Positions 1 to 12,725 of a stretch of 64,000 nucleotides of DNA are shown here, one piece after another. The stretch comes from Octopus vulgaris. Lineage: Eukaryota. The translations under genes were made by a program, and so were the position numbers. Position 1 is the stretch's first letter. The number at the start of each line of letters is the position of its first letter. The stretch is taken from NCBI GenBank assembly GCA_951406725.2, contig OX597814.1, forward strand, positions 194,494,001 to 194,558,000, in the 5' to 3' direction. The notes beneath the pieces were generated by a model, which worked only from the letters and a program-made list of their open reading frames with translations, ran no database searches and was not told the DNA's origin.

Positions 1-197
1 TATCCCACTATCTAACTATCTATCCATATAGCTGTCTGTCTATCCATCCAAGCAACTATTTATCTGTCTGTCTATCTATCTATCTATCTACCTACCCATT
101 TATCCTATCTATTTGTCTGTCTGTCTGTTTATCTATCTATTCATCCATCCATCTATTTATCTGTCTATTTATCTATCTATCCTATTTATCTATCTGG

Positions 198-247
<50 letters not shown>

Positions 248-294
248 GTTTGTCTGTCCGTCCGTCCGTCTGTCTATCTATCTACCCATTTATC

Positions 295-360
<66 letters not shown>

Positions 361-610
361 CCCATTTATCCTATAGATCCATCTATCCTATATATCTATC
401 TGGCTATCAATCGATGTCTATCTATCTATCAATCCATTTATCTACCTTCTGTCTCTATGTATCTCCCTTGTCTGCCTCTTTACCACTTATCTCTTTATGT
501 TGTCACCTATTTCTCTATCTGTGTATCTATCTACCAGTCAACCACCTACCTATTTATCTGTGTATCTATCTATCTCTTTATATATCTATCTGTCTATCAT
601 ATATCTATTT
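1..610. repeat. (TATC/TCTA)n tetranucleotide microsatellite field in an intron of the RGS gene
   Basis: Long degenerate run of tatc/tgtc/catc units; it generates the spurious IYLS ORFs. Confidence 0.95.
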
Positions 611-635
611 ATTTGTCTTTATCCAATTACTGCAG

Positions 636-802
636 AAGGTTTCAGTATATTTCGAGAATACCTTTCTTCTCAATACTGTGATGAAAACTTAGATTTCTGG
701 AAAGCAGTTGAAGACTTCCGAGTCGAACCTGATGACACCCAAATTCGTGCCCGAGCTGGAGCCATTTATAAAAGATTCATCATGAAGGGAGCACCACGTT
801 GT
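636..802 (+). CDS. RGS-domain protein (regulator of G-protein signalling), penultimate coding exon; upstream exons lie outside the window
   Basis: tgcag acceptor (631-635), gtaagt donor (803); translation [29 protein letters not shown]...[18 protein letters not shown] fits the RGS box F..FL..E.SEENL.FW...IY..FI...AP. Confidence 0.93.
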
Positions 803-859
803 GTAAGTGTCAGCTTTTTCTCTTCGTTAATAATCAACTCAGAGATTTTTTTTTGTTTT

Positions 860-1275
860 AGATCGATGGAATTTGTAGTTGTGGTACCAGTGCCAGTGGC
901 ACATAAGAGAACCATCTGAACGTGGCCGTAGCCAGCACCGCATCGACTGGCCTCCGTGCTGGTGGCACGTAACAAACACCATCCGATCGTGGCCGTTGCC
1001 AGCCTCGCCTGGCCTCCGTGCCGGTGGCACGTAAAAAGCACCATCCGAGCGTGGCCGTTTGCCAGCCTCGTCTGGCACCTGTATCGGTGGCACATAAAAA
1101 GCACCCACTACACTCACGGAGTGGTTGGCGTTAGGAAGGGCATCCAGCTGTAGAAACACTGCCAGATCTGACTGGCCTGGTGCAGCCTTCGGGCTTCCCA
1201 GACCCCAGTTGAACCGTCCAACCCATGCTAGCATGGAAAACGGACATTAAACGATGATGATGATGATGATGATGA
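860..1275 (+). mobile_element. Abundant SINE-like family A: about 60-bp internal tandem units, GTTGGCGTTAGGAAGGGCATCCAGCTGTAGAAAC core, (GAT)n tail
   Basis: Dozens of near-identical copies in both orientations (e.g. 2915-3220, 7215-7860, 13285-13460, 15005-15310, 34700-35205, 40015-40455, 44515-44800, 46630-47170, 58700-59150, 60745-61125); (GAT)n tail shared with the RTE fragments. Confidence 0.85.
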
Positions 1276-1321
1276 TATTTGTTGTTGTCAAGTGGATGAT
1301 AAAGTTTTGTAATGGAAAGGA

Positions 1322-1625
1322 GGGAGGCACAATGGCCCAGTAATTAGGGCAGCGAACTCACAGTCGGAGGATCGTGGTTTCGATTCCCAGACCAGGCGTT
1401 GTGTGTTTATTGAGCGAAAACACCTAAAAGCTCCATGAGGCTCCGGCAGGGGGTGGTGGTGACCCCTGTTGTACTCTTTCGCCACAACTTTCTCTCACTC
1501 TTTCTTCCTGTTTCTTGAGTAACGCTGCGATGGACTGGCGTCCCATCTAGCTGGGGAGAACACATACACCACAGAAACAGGGAAACCGAGCCCATGACCC
1601 TGGCTAAGATTGAAAAGGGTAACAT
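1322..1625 (+). mobile_element. tRNA-derived SINE family B
   Basis: Head GGAGGCRCAATGGCCCAGTGGTTAGGGCAGCGGACTCGCGGTC...GGTTTCGATTCCC with pol III A/B boxes; related copies at 11145-11395(+), 19820-20197(-), 30280-30657(-), 33248-33630(-), 48075-48380(-), 49745-50040(+), 59893-60175(+). Confidence 0.85.
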
Positions 1626-1911
1626 TTATCGTATAATGGAAAGGGGACACTTCAAACCAGCTTTTGTTAAGGAACGAGACTGATCCAAAATTGGAGTGGA
1701 CTTGGGAGGTCTCTGTTGAACTTGAGGTAAATGTTACTTCACACTTTTTGCCAGAGACAGCAAATTAGCAAAAACGTTTTACCAGACAATTAAGATATTT
1801 TTTAAATTTAAGAAAAAAAATTTTTAATATTTGAAAAAAGTCTTTTACTTCCCTTATACAAGTACGTCCAAAATTCATAAGTAAACAGACTTCCACAGGT
1901 CAAATTCACAT

Positions 1912-2325
1912 ACTCTCTTTTACTCTTTTACTCTTTTACTTGTTTCAGTCATTTGACTGCGGCCATGCTGGAGCACCGCCTTTAATCGAGCAACTAGACC
2001 CCGGGACTTATTCTTTTGTAAGCCCAGTACTTATTTTATCGGTCTCTTTTGCCGAACCGCTAAGTAACGGGGACATAAACATACCAGCATCGGTTGTCAA
2101 GCAATGCTAGGGGACAAACACACAAACACACACATGCATATATATATTATATATATACATATATACGACGGGCTTCTTTCAGTTTCCGTCTACCAAATCC
2201 ACTCACAAGGCTTTGGTCGGCCCGAGGCTATAGTAGAAGACACTCACCCAAGGTGCCACGCAGTGGGACTGAACCCGGAACCATGTGGTTGGTTAGCAAG
2301 CTACTTACCACACAGCCACTCCTGC
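1912..2325 (-). mobile_element. tRNA-derived SINE family C with internal (TA)n and (AGTAAAAG)n tail
   Basis: Head GGAGTGGCTGTGTGGTAAGTAGCTTGC...GGTTCAGTCCC; copies at 9740-10385, 16530-17010, 22128-22530, 22830-23225, 37780-38160, 39025-39420, 46120-46515, 54905-55215. Confidence 0.88.
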
Positions 2326-3288
2326 TACATCTTGAAAAAAATCTTTTACTCCCCTCACACAAGTACGTACAAAAGTTCATAATAAGCAGACTTCACAGGT
2401 CAAATTCAACATTCACATATATCTATGGCCATTTCGAGAGATCACCACCACAGTTGACTGGAGTCTGGTGCAGCCTTCCAGCTTACCAACCCTAGTCAAA
2501 CAGTCCATCCCATGCCAGCATGAACAATGGACATTGAATGATGATGATGATGATATATATACATATGTCATGTATGTATGGGTATGTATATCATCATCAT
2601 CATCACTGTTTAACGTCTGTTTTCCATGCTGGCATGGGTTGAACAGTTTGACTGAAGTCCAGAGAGCCAGTGGCTGCACCGGGCTGACCTGGCACGGTTT
2701 CTACAGCTGGATGCCCTTCCTAATGCCAATCACTCCAAGAGTGTAGCGGGTGCTTTTTATGTGCCACTGGCATAGGAGCCAGTCTGGTGGACCTGGCATC
2801 GATCACATTCAGATAGTGCATTTTACATGCCCCTGGCACGGGAGCCAGCCAGAGGGTACTGGCATAGGCCACATTTAGATGGCGCTTTTTACATGCCACC
2901 GATATATATATGATCATCATCAATCATCGTTTAACGTCCGTTTTCCATGCTAGCATGGGTTGGACGGTTCGACCGGGGTCTGGGAAGCCAGGAGGCTGCA
3001 CCAGGCTCCAGTCTGATCTAGCAGTGTTTCTACAGCTGGATGCCCTTCCTAACGCCAACCACTCCGTGAGTGTAGTGGGTGCTTTTTACGTGCCACCTGT
3101 GCCAGGGGAGGCTGGCAACGGCCACGTTCAAATGGTGCTTTTTACGTTCCACCGGCACAGATATCACAACTACAATTTCCATTTGATTTTCTTTATGTTG
3201 ATGTACTTGACTCAATAGGTAAATCATCTTGTTTTTCAGTTCTTTATATATTCTCTTTCTATCTCTCTCTCTCTCTTTTTATTTTCAG

Positions 3289-3453
3289 ATAAATTTGCGC
3301 TCGAAAAGTCGTGAAAAACTTGGTGAACAGTTGAAAGGCCCAATTACCCGAAATTTCTTCGATGAAATGCAGAAAGAAATTGTAGAAGTCATGCATAGGG
3401 ACCCTTATCAGAGGTTCTTGAGATCGGATTATTATCGAAACTTATGTACATAG
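3289..3453 (+). CDS. RGS-domain protein, last coding exon
   Basis: Polypyrimidine tract plus ttttcag acceptor; phase 0 matches the previous exon; INLRSKSREKLGEQLKGPITRNFFDEMQKEIVEVMHRDPYQRFLRSDYYRNLCT* fits the RGS C-terminal half (VNI...FD.AQ..I..LM..DSYPRFL.S..Y). Confidence 0.93.
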   Translation: MNLRSKSREKLGEQLKGPITRNFFDEMQKEIVEVMHRDPYQRFLRSDYYRNLCT

Positions 3454-4310
3454 ATTCATATGAAGATGGTTGGAGGGGAGGGGGAGCCTTACTAATGCCA
3501 CCACAACTGCCATTGTCATCACCACTGTTAACACTACCATCACTAGTTACTATCACTACAACTATTGCCTCCAACTCAAACACTATAAACCAACAAAAGA
3601 TCCTCCATGTGGTATATCAAAATGCTAGAAATAGCAGCTTAATTTCTCTAAATTCCCCATAGCCATAAGAAAGGGACGGCACATTTGACAATGTAGCCTT
3701 AGATGCACAATGCCTGAAAACAAAATTGAATGATTATGGCCGGAACACCTTTTGATCATTATTCTGCTCAACTGTAACTGACATAGAGCTAAAAACAACT
3801 CTCTTCTACTATTACTATGATTGCCACTCCCTATATATGACCTCTACCACTTCTCTACTGTCAACCAGTCGAAATATGGCAGTAAACATCACTCTAAATA
3901 CAACTACCAAAACTACTCTAATGCAATAGCAAATAGTTTCTATCAACATCACCGTTACCATGCTACTACCAAACTACTCCCGGACCAACCAACCAACCAT
4001 TCATTATGCTGAACAATCACCATCTTCATCATCACCACTACCAACCTCATTGCTATATCTGTATGCTAACACACTGAGTTCGAATTCCACTGAGGTCGAC
4101 TTTGCCTCTCATCCTTTTGGAGTCAATAAAACAAGTACCAGTTGAACATTGGGGCTGATCACCTAGCCCTGTCCCACAAAATTTCATGCCTTGTGCCTCT
4201 AAAAGAAAGAAATATTACTGCCAACACAAACCAATAAGAGACCTTCTACGCAGTCACTCAATCTGCTAGAAATAGCAACCAAATTACCTTTAAATGACAA
4301 GGTTCTAGAT

Positions 4311-4656
4311 CAGTAGTTCTCAACCATTTTTACTTGTGAACCTCATTGATTACTATTTTATTCTGGTGGACCCCCATAGCCATTCTATTTTTTAAAAACT
4401 AGTTTCACAGAGGCTTCTTTCAAAACTCCTATTTTGTTCATCACACATTCGCTTGTGTAGTTTGAACTATGTAAAATGTCAGAGAAAGAAACGTAGCTGT
4501 TTGTTGCAATTAATACATCTACAGCAAAACTTTTTTTTTTAAATAGATTCTCTAAATACTATTGTGTGCTCCCAAATTTACTATTTTGCTTATATAGACC
4601 CCGAAAAATCTTATACAGATTTCCAGGAGCCACATGGTCTCTGGTTGAGAATCACT
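4311..4656. mobile_element. hAT (Charlie-like) MITE
   Basis: TIRs cagtagttctcaacc / ggttgagaatcactg; 8-bp TSD-like ttctagat / ttctggat; related decayed copies at about 9157-9348 and 9359-9605. Confidence 0.78.
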
Positions 4657-5518
4657 GTTCTGGATAAGATGAAACAATGAGATGTTCACAAAGTGAATGT
4701 GTTTGACCATAGATATATCTAATCAAGGCTGACCTGGGAACAACAGCAATTACAACTACTGCCAAAAAAATTATGACTGCAATTATCACCACGATTTCTT
4801 TTTCTACTTTCACTATCACTACATGAATTGTACCACCAGCAACAACCAGTATTTCCTTTACAACAATATCAACCACTACTAACAGCTGTATCCAGTACTA
4901 CATCCAACATCCTTACAATATGAAGTTCACCACAGTCATCATCATCACAACCTCCTCTACCATCCAACACTTGAATATTTTCAGTTACTTTCTCCATTTA
5001 TTAGGTTAATCTGGCCAACCTATTAATTATTTATTATTACTTTAAGCCATCCAATCACTTAATCATTTTAAGCTCATGGATGAAGGTTTAAAATAAAAAA
5101 CAATTTTCATTTTAACTTGGTCATCAACCAGCTCACTTCATTTTGTGTTGCTAATCTATTGAGAAAGACATGATATCACATAACCTCATTTTACAGTCCT
5201 TGATAAATCTAAAGTATTGCATTTGTACCTTATTTTACTGAAATGGTTCACACCTCTTACAATGTCTCTTTTATAGCATACGATAAACAAACAGATTTGA
5301 ATTAACAACTAATGCAGCATTTCTCAACCAGGGCTCCACGAGAAAGAGTGAGATAGACTAATGCTAATTTTATGATAATAATATTATTATACATGCACAA
5401 CATATTGTTGGTTATTGTAATATAGACATCATCTTGTCTAACCTATTATGCTATCAAAATGATATAACAACCATTGGGGATATATTTAGTGATGTCTCTA
5501 ATTTATGGACACCCTATA

Positions 5519-5630
5519 TATTGGGTTGTCTGGAAAGTTCGTGCTGATTTTTAAAGGAAAGAAAAAGGTCAATAAATACTTGCCATTACATTTTTAATCA
5601 ACCAAATATAAACCATTTTGTTGCACAATG
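5519..5630 (-). mobile_element. Truncated right end of the mariner element found at 32513-33079
   Basis: TA + ttgggttgtctggaaagttcgtgctgattt TIR, followed by the reverse complement of the transposase 3' end. Confidence 0.85.
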
Positions 5631-6544
5631 TTTTGGCAGGATGCCTTTCCTAACACCAACCACTCAGAAGAATGAACTTAGTGCTTGTTACATGATGCAA
5701 GCATAGGTGAGGTTAGTCTTGGCAAGGTTTTTACAGCTGGATGCCCTTCCAAATGCCAACCACTTTACAGTGTGAACTGGATGCTTTTAAGTGGCACCTG
5801 CACTGACAGAGTCACCAAGTACTTGCAAGACAAAAAACTTTTAAGAGGGGAGGAGGTGATGATAAAAAGGTTATAGTGAGACAGATACAGGTGTAATGTA
5901 TAAATTACATAGGGAGGATGTGATTGATGGTGAGAGGAAGGATTGAGGGTTCCAGTTGAACCAAAAAACAGAACAGCCTACTTGTGAAATTGATGTGCAA
6001 GTGGCTGGGCACTCCACAGATATGCGTACCCTTAATGTAGTTCTTAGGGAGATTCAGTGTGACAGAGAATGTGACAAAGCTGGCCCTTTAAAATACAAGT
6101 ACGACTCATTTTTGCAAGATAAATAAACATGAAAGTGTCTCGATCAAAGACACAACACACCACTGCGAGTCAAACTCACAACCTTTAATGATCACGGGCC
6201 AAATACCAAAACCATTAAACCATGCACCTTCACTTATAACATGTTTAACAAGGATTATACTAATTACCAATTATATTAATGAAGTTTAGTATTATAGAAA
6301 AACAGATGTAATTAATCATTGCTCTGTTATGTTCTGTTGATAATCTTGTTTCTATGTTAATGATTAAGTAATACAGTTAATTGGTTTTACAGAAAATGTG
6401 AGTTTAGTTCCCTGAGGCAATATATATATATATATATATAATAATAATAATTATTATTTGAGGGAATATTAATCTTAACTTACAGGGAAAAATTCAATTT
6501 AGAAATACTGAATCAAATTTCACACAATATAATATATATATATA

Positions 6545-6812
6545 TATAAAAATTAGAAAAAAAACACCTTTTATCAATTCAAAATGAACAATTAAATTAC
6601 ACCATCTAGAAAATTACCGATGATTAAGTAAATTGCAAAAAATAATTTTAAAAATATTATACCAATTATATACGTTTATATTATTTTTTTGCAATTTACT
6701 TAATCATCGGTATATTATTATTTTAATTTTAATATTTCTATTATATGTAATTTTCTAGATGGTGTAATTTAATTGTTCATTTTGAATTGATAAAAGGTGT
6801 TTTTTTCTAATT

Positions 6813-6815
<3 letters not shown>
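6545..6815. repeat. AT-rich foldback palindrome within (TA)n
   Basis: aaattagaaaaaaaacaccttttatcaattcaaaatgaac... is mirrored by ...gttcattttgaattgataaaaggtgtttttttctaattt. Confidence 0.88.
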
Positions 6816-6843
<28 letters not shown>

Positions 6844-9800
6844 ATATGTGTATGTATATGTCTACACACACACACATTCTTTCACTTGTTTCAGTCACTG
6901 GACTACAGCTACGATGGAATACCATCTTGAACGGTTTAGTGAAATCAACTCCTGTACTTAATTTTAAAATATGGTTACTTATTCATCATCTCCTTTGCTA
7001 AACTGTTAAGTTACAAGGACATAAACAAACCAACACTGGTTCTCAAGCAGTTGTGGGAAGCAAAACACATACACAAACAATGGGCTTCCAAAGTTGCTAT
7101 TTATCAAATTCATTCCCAAGACATTGGTCAGCCCAGGGATATACTAAAAAACACCTGCCCAAGGTGGCGTGTATATATGTAAATTGTGTGTGTGTGTATA
7201 TATATATGTATATAATCATCATCATCATTTAACGTCCGCTTTCCATGCTAGCATGGGTTGGACGATTTGACTGAGATCTGGTGAACCAGATGGCTGCACC
7301 AGACTCCAGTCTGATCTGGCAGAGTTTCTACAGCTGGATGCCCTTCATAACGCCAACCACTCCGAGAGTGTAGTAGGAGCTTTTACGTGCCACCGGCACA
7401 AGGGCCAGTCAGGCAGTACTGGCAGCAGTCACACTCAAATGGTGTTTTTTACATGCCACCTGCACAGGAGCCAGTCCAGCGGCACTGGCAATGACCTCAC
7501 TCGAATGTTTTTTCATGTGCCACTAGCACAAGTGTCAGTAAGGTGACGCAGGTGACGATCATGCTCAAATGTTGCTTTTTACGTGCCACCGGCATGGAGG
7601 CCAACTTGTTGCTCTGGCAACGATCATGCTCGTATGGTACTCTTAGTGCTCCACTAGCACAGATGCTAGTCATCAAATTTGACTTCGACTTCACTTGCCT
7701 CAACAGGTCTTCACAAGTAGAGTTTAGTGTCCAAATGAAGCAAAGGTACGCATAACTGAGCTGGTTACACCCCTGGCATAGGCCACAAGGTTATGGTCTC
7801 ACTTGAGCTTGCTGAGTCTTTTCAATCACAGCATATTTCCAGAGGTCCCGGTCACTAGTCATTGCCTATATATAGTTTTGTATTTACGTCATACGTATAC
7901 AAACATAAATTTGTTTTCGAAGCCATTGAAATGTATTGTAGAACAAGTAGAAAGAGATATTTTTCAATGCGTAAATACTGATAGAACAGCATATATGGGA
8001 TAAAATCCTTTTAGAGCAGAAAAATTTGTTGGCAACCAGCCATGAGGATTGAACTCACACCCCTCGAATATCCGGTCAGAGTGCTCTACCTTTAAGCTAA
8101 CCTGGCAACCGACAAATTCTTCTGCAATTTTAGAAGGTATAAAGTCATCCAGAAACACTAGATGTCATATGAATTACATCATACGTAAACAAACATGAGT
8201 ATGTTTTGAAGCATTGAAATGTATTGTAGAATGAGTAGAAGGTTTTGTATTTGTTTTTTCAAGATTTGTGATGTGATGTCTATATACTTATCACTCTTCG
8301 TAGAATATGCTCTGAGGAGGTCAAAATAAGAGTGAAACATGCTTGTTGCTTACACCAGTTGGCCTTAAAGACCAGATCTACTTCAAACTGAACTATATTT
8401 TTGAAAAACTTCCATCAACTGAACCTATTGGAATTATCTCCCTTGATTGTTTTTTTAAAGTTTTTAACACCCTTATAACGGAGCACTAATCAACTAAACT
8501 AACCCTGAGTAAGAGTATAAAAACTGCATCCCTCTACCAAACTGTGTTGAGCCAGTATGGCAGAGTAGGCTCATAAAACCAGTATGATCTCAAGCTGAAA
8601 TTCATGGTCTTTACATTGAACCATTCTTGTGTCCTGCAGTGGACTGAACATATGCAACCCCATCATCTTCATTTAACGTCTGTTTTCCATGCTAGCATGG
8701 GTTGGATGGTTTGACCAGGGTCTGGGAAGCCAGGAGGTTGTGCCTGGCTCGTCTGATCTGGCAGTGCTTCTACAGCTGGATGCCCTTCTTAATGCCAACC
8801 ACTCTGTGAGTGTAGTGGGTGCTTTTTATGTGCCACTGGCACAGGGGCCAGAGGAGGCTTGCACATCCCAAAATAAAAACAATGGAGAATTTTTTTAACA
8901 GTAAGTTGCTTAGATAGCATCAGTTCATCAAAGATTTACAATTTTATTAGAAACAATACCATATTTGTATTTAGTATCCACAGCACTTATTCTGAGGTAC
9001 TTTCTCTTAGTTATATTGGATGTATCCATCACAAGGTCCAGTTCTTGTGATGTGGAGGCTTGTGTGCCTCCATGACCCTAACAACTATGTCAACAGAGCA
9101 TTGGCTTCTGATAGGACCTTTCATACTAGATAGATCAAAGTATAGAGGCGAGACCAATGGTTCTCATCTGGGGTTCATGACCCTTGAGAACCCACACAAG
9201 ATTGTTGCAAAAATTTATGTACAACAAACTGGTTATGCTTTTACAATACACAAACTATTTTTTAACATTTTTTTTTTCAATACGTAATAATAATTAATTA
9301 TAAAAATATAATCAAGGGGTCCATAGGTAAAAAATGGTTGAGAACCCTTGAGCTAGACTAGGGGTTCCCAATTGGGGTCCACGAGTAAAAGATTATAATT
9401 TGTGGTTCCATATATAAATTTTGTTTACTAGGATAGGTACCTGTATTTATTGAAATTTTCAAGATTTGTGTTTGGAATTTATGTTATGAATATAATGAAA
9501 TTGTTTCATTGTTAGTTTTTACTAACCTACAAACAAATATTTTGTTTCAAAAATTTACATGTGCATATATGGGGTCCACAAGCAAAATAAAGTTGGGAAC
9601 CCTTGGACTAGACTAAAATGGACCACCTCTTCCCAGAGGTATAAATGGGTTTGCATAGGATCAACAATCCTGCCAAGAAAATGGCAAAGCAACAACAATA
9701 ATTAAAAAACAACAGGACCTGGGAGAGGAAGGACTTCTCAGGTGCAGGAGTGGCTGTGTGGTAAGTAGTTTGCTTACCAGCCACATGGTTCCGGGTTCAG

Positions 9801-12319
9801 TCCTACTGCATGGCACCTTGGGCAAGTGTCTTCTACTATAGCCTCGGGCTGACCAAAGCCTTGTGAGTGGATTTGGTAGACGGAAACTGAAAGAAGCCCG
9901 CCATATATATATATATATATATATCATCATCATCATCATCATCATTTAGCGTCCGCTTTCCATGCTAGCATGGGTTGGACGGGTCAACTGGGGTCTGTGA
10001 AGCTGGAAGGCTTCGTCAGGCCTAGTCAGATCTGGCAGTGTTTCTACGGCTGGATGCCCTTCCTAACGCCAACCACTTCGCGAGTGTAGTGGATGTTTTT
10101 TACGTGCCACCTGCACAGGTGCCAGACAGAGCTGGCATATATATATATATTTATATATTTATGTGTGTGTGTGTTTGTATGTCTGTTTTTGTCCCCCTCA
10201 CACACAACATCGCTTGACAACCAATGCTAGTGTGTTTACGTCCCCGTAACGTAGCAGTTCAGCAAAAGAGACCGATAGAGTAAGGACTAGGCTTACAAAG
10301 AATAAGTCCTGGGGTTAATTTCCTTGACTAAAGGCGGTGCTCCAGCATAGCCGCAGTCAAATGACTGAAACAAGTAAAAGAGTAGAGTTGAAAAAAAAAG
10401 CAAAGATCCAACTAGAGAGAAACAGAAAGATAGCCAACAGCGAAGAACATTGCAAAAAAAGTCATTGATGGCCTACACTTCATAATGGAAGGGCTTAATG
10501 AAAGTGAAGTATATTGTATATATGAATTTGTTTCTTGCAAACAATCCCAAAGGAATATTAACAACAACAATATATCTCATGTGCATACTCCTTATCAGAT
10601 TGGAGAGGTTTCTACGATGTCCTGCATCTTAGATATTACATCTACTAACGTGAGGTACAATGGCAGAAGGGATGTCTAAGATACAGGATTCCATAAAAAC
10701 CTTGCCGAAATATCAATATCTCCATCTCTTTTATGTGTCCTTAGCTTCATCAAAGTGGAGGATCTGTATGTTCTGAGCGATGTCAACTGGACTGATTTAT
10801 TAAGTCAACTACACCAGTAAGATTGATAAGGGACAACAACTGGAATTAGAGGGCCTTGATTGTCTCATTTGATATGCATGTTCTGGGATAAATACCATAT
10901 AAAACATGTATCAATTTCTCCTCTCTTAGCAATAAAAACTCACAGGCTGATACCTTGAGGACTTAATTGTGAATAAAGAAAGGGTCTTGAATGTCTCCCC
11001 CAATGGCTCAGGGAACCTATCTGAAACATCAGGTTCTCCTCTCTTCACATGGACCTCATGGTCAGCTACAGTTGTCAATATTAACAGCAGGAACACTATA
11101 AAATTGATGAGTATTTCATTAGTTTGGAGTAATTGAATGAATTGTGGAGGCACGTAGCGTAGTGGTTATGGTGTCAGCACCATGATCGTAAAATTGTAGT
11201 TTCGATTCCTGGACCGGGCGACGCGTTTTGTTCTTGAGCAAAACACTTCATTTCACATTGCTCCAGTCCACTTAGCTGGCAAAAATTAGTAATCCTGTGA
11301 TGGACTGGCGTCCCATCCAGCTGGGGAAGACATACACCATAGAAACCGTGAAACCGGGCCCATGAGCCTGGCTAGGCTTTAAAAAGGGTGCATTTATTAT
11401 TATTTATTAATTGAATGAATTAGGTGATATAAAGAAAGTTTGAAGTTTTTGAAGAAAAACTCTTTAATTTAATCAAACAAGGTGGACAGTAAGAAAATCA
11501 AGTTTGTGATGAAAGAACAAAAACAACAACACAAGCATTTTTAAAATTAATTTTCCATTAGAATTTCAAACAACAAACAGAAGAACAAAATGTTTATATT
11601 CTGAAGAAGAAAAATTTTGATTGTCAAATCCTGTTAAATATCAGACAAATTATTTCACAACACCACAGGGATTTATTGAGCCACTATAGACAGATGAGAG
11701 ATAAACCTTCCCTTGGATAAGACATGAGACCATTATGCAGAGTTTCCTCGCAGACATGGCTTGGTACCAATTTTCCAGCTTGGTGGACTGTGGCAATAAG
11801 TGAATTTTGTATCTACCCAATAGATCCATCTAAAGTGGGATGTGAACCTACAACACAGTTTTGGTTCATTAGTTGTTTAGAGTGCATACAGGCCATCTTA
11901 GTTTATGATCTGTCATGCAATATCTTTTCTTAGACAAATCAGTCACCTTCTCATATCAGATGTATATTTAATACACAGAATATAACATACAATACCAAAA
12001 ATATAACATGCAAATTAGAAGCCTGTCTCTCTCTCTTTATGACTCAATCAGAAGTGGAATTGCAGCTCCAATGAGCTTTCATTGCAGAGTTCCCAAGAGT
12101 TGACAGACAAAGAAAAGAGTGATTTTGATATCCCTAAATCAGTGACATGGTTCAAATACTGGCAACTAAGTGAACAGTAAAAACCTCTTATAACTACAAG
12201 CTTAGTATAATGTGATTGTTTGTTCTTAGATTGACATTGTAAGGTAGTTGTAAGAAGCCTGATTTGGCAGGCCTCTTTAATTGTTAAACTGTGAAACTAG
12301 GTGAGGCTTAAGGTTTGTT

Positions 12320-12725
12320 ATTAAACCAATTCTACTATATGGCTCAGAAACCTGGACGTTATCAAAGAAGCTTGAGAGGCGGTTGGATGGAACTTACACT
12401 CGCTTCCTTATGAGATCTCAAAATCTCTCGTGGAGGCGTCATCCAACCAAAGTACAAATAAATGGGAAACTACCACCTGTATCATCTCTTGTGAAAGGTA
12501 GAAGAGCCCAGTTTGCTGGACATTGTTGTGGAGCTGAAAACGAGGTAATTTCTACTCTTCTCCTCTGGAAGCCATCTGCTCATGATACCAGAGGGCGCAC
12601 ACTCTCCTACCCTGATGTAATCTCCAGGGATACAGGCATCAAGCAACAGGACCTCCGTAATGTTATGATGGACCGTGAAGTCTGGCGTAGCATAGTAAAT
12701 TCCATTATCTCAATGATGATGATTA
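12320..12725 (+). mobile_element. RTE-clade LINE, 5'-truncated ORF2 C-terminus
   Basis: ILLYGSETWTLSKKLERRLDGTYTRFLMR...RRAQFAGHC...LLWKP...RGR; (GAT)n tail. Confidence 0.88.

Noticed and set aside
113-692. IYLS-rich ORFs
   Set aside because: Translations of the (TATC)n microsatellite
3444-4145. Short ORFs downstream of the RGS stop
   Set aside because: Low-complexity (CAC/TAC)-rich 3' UTR or intergenic sequence plus SINE remnants, with no domain signal
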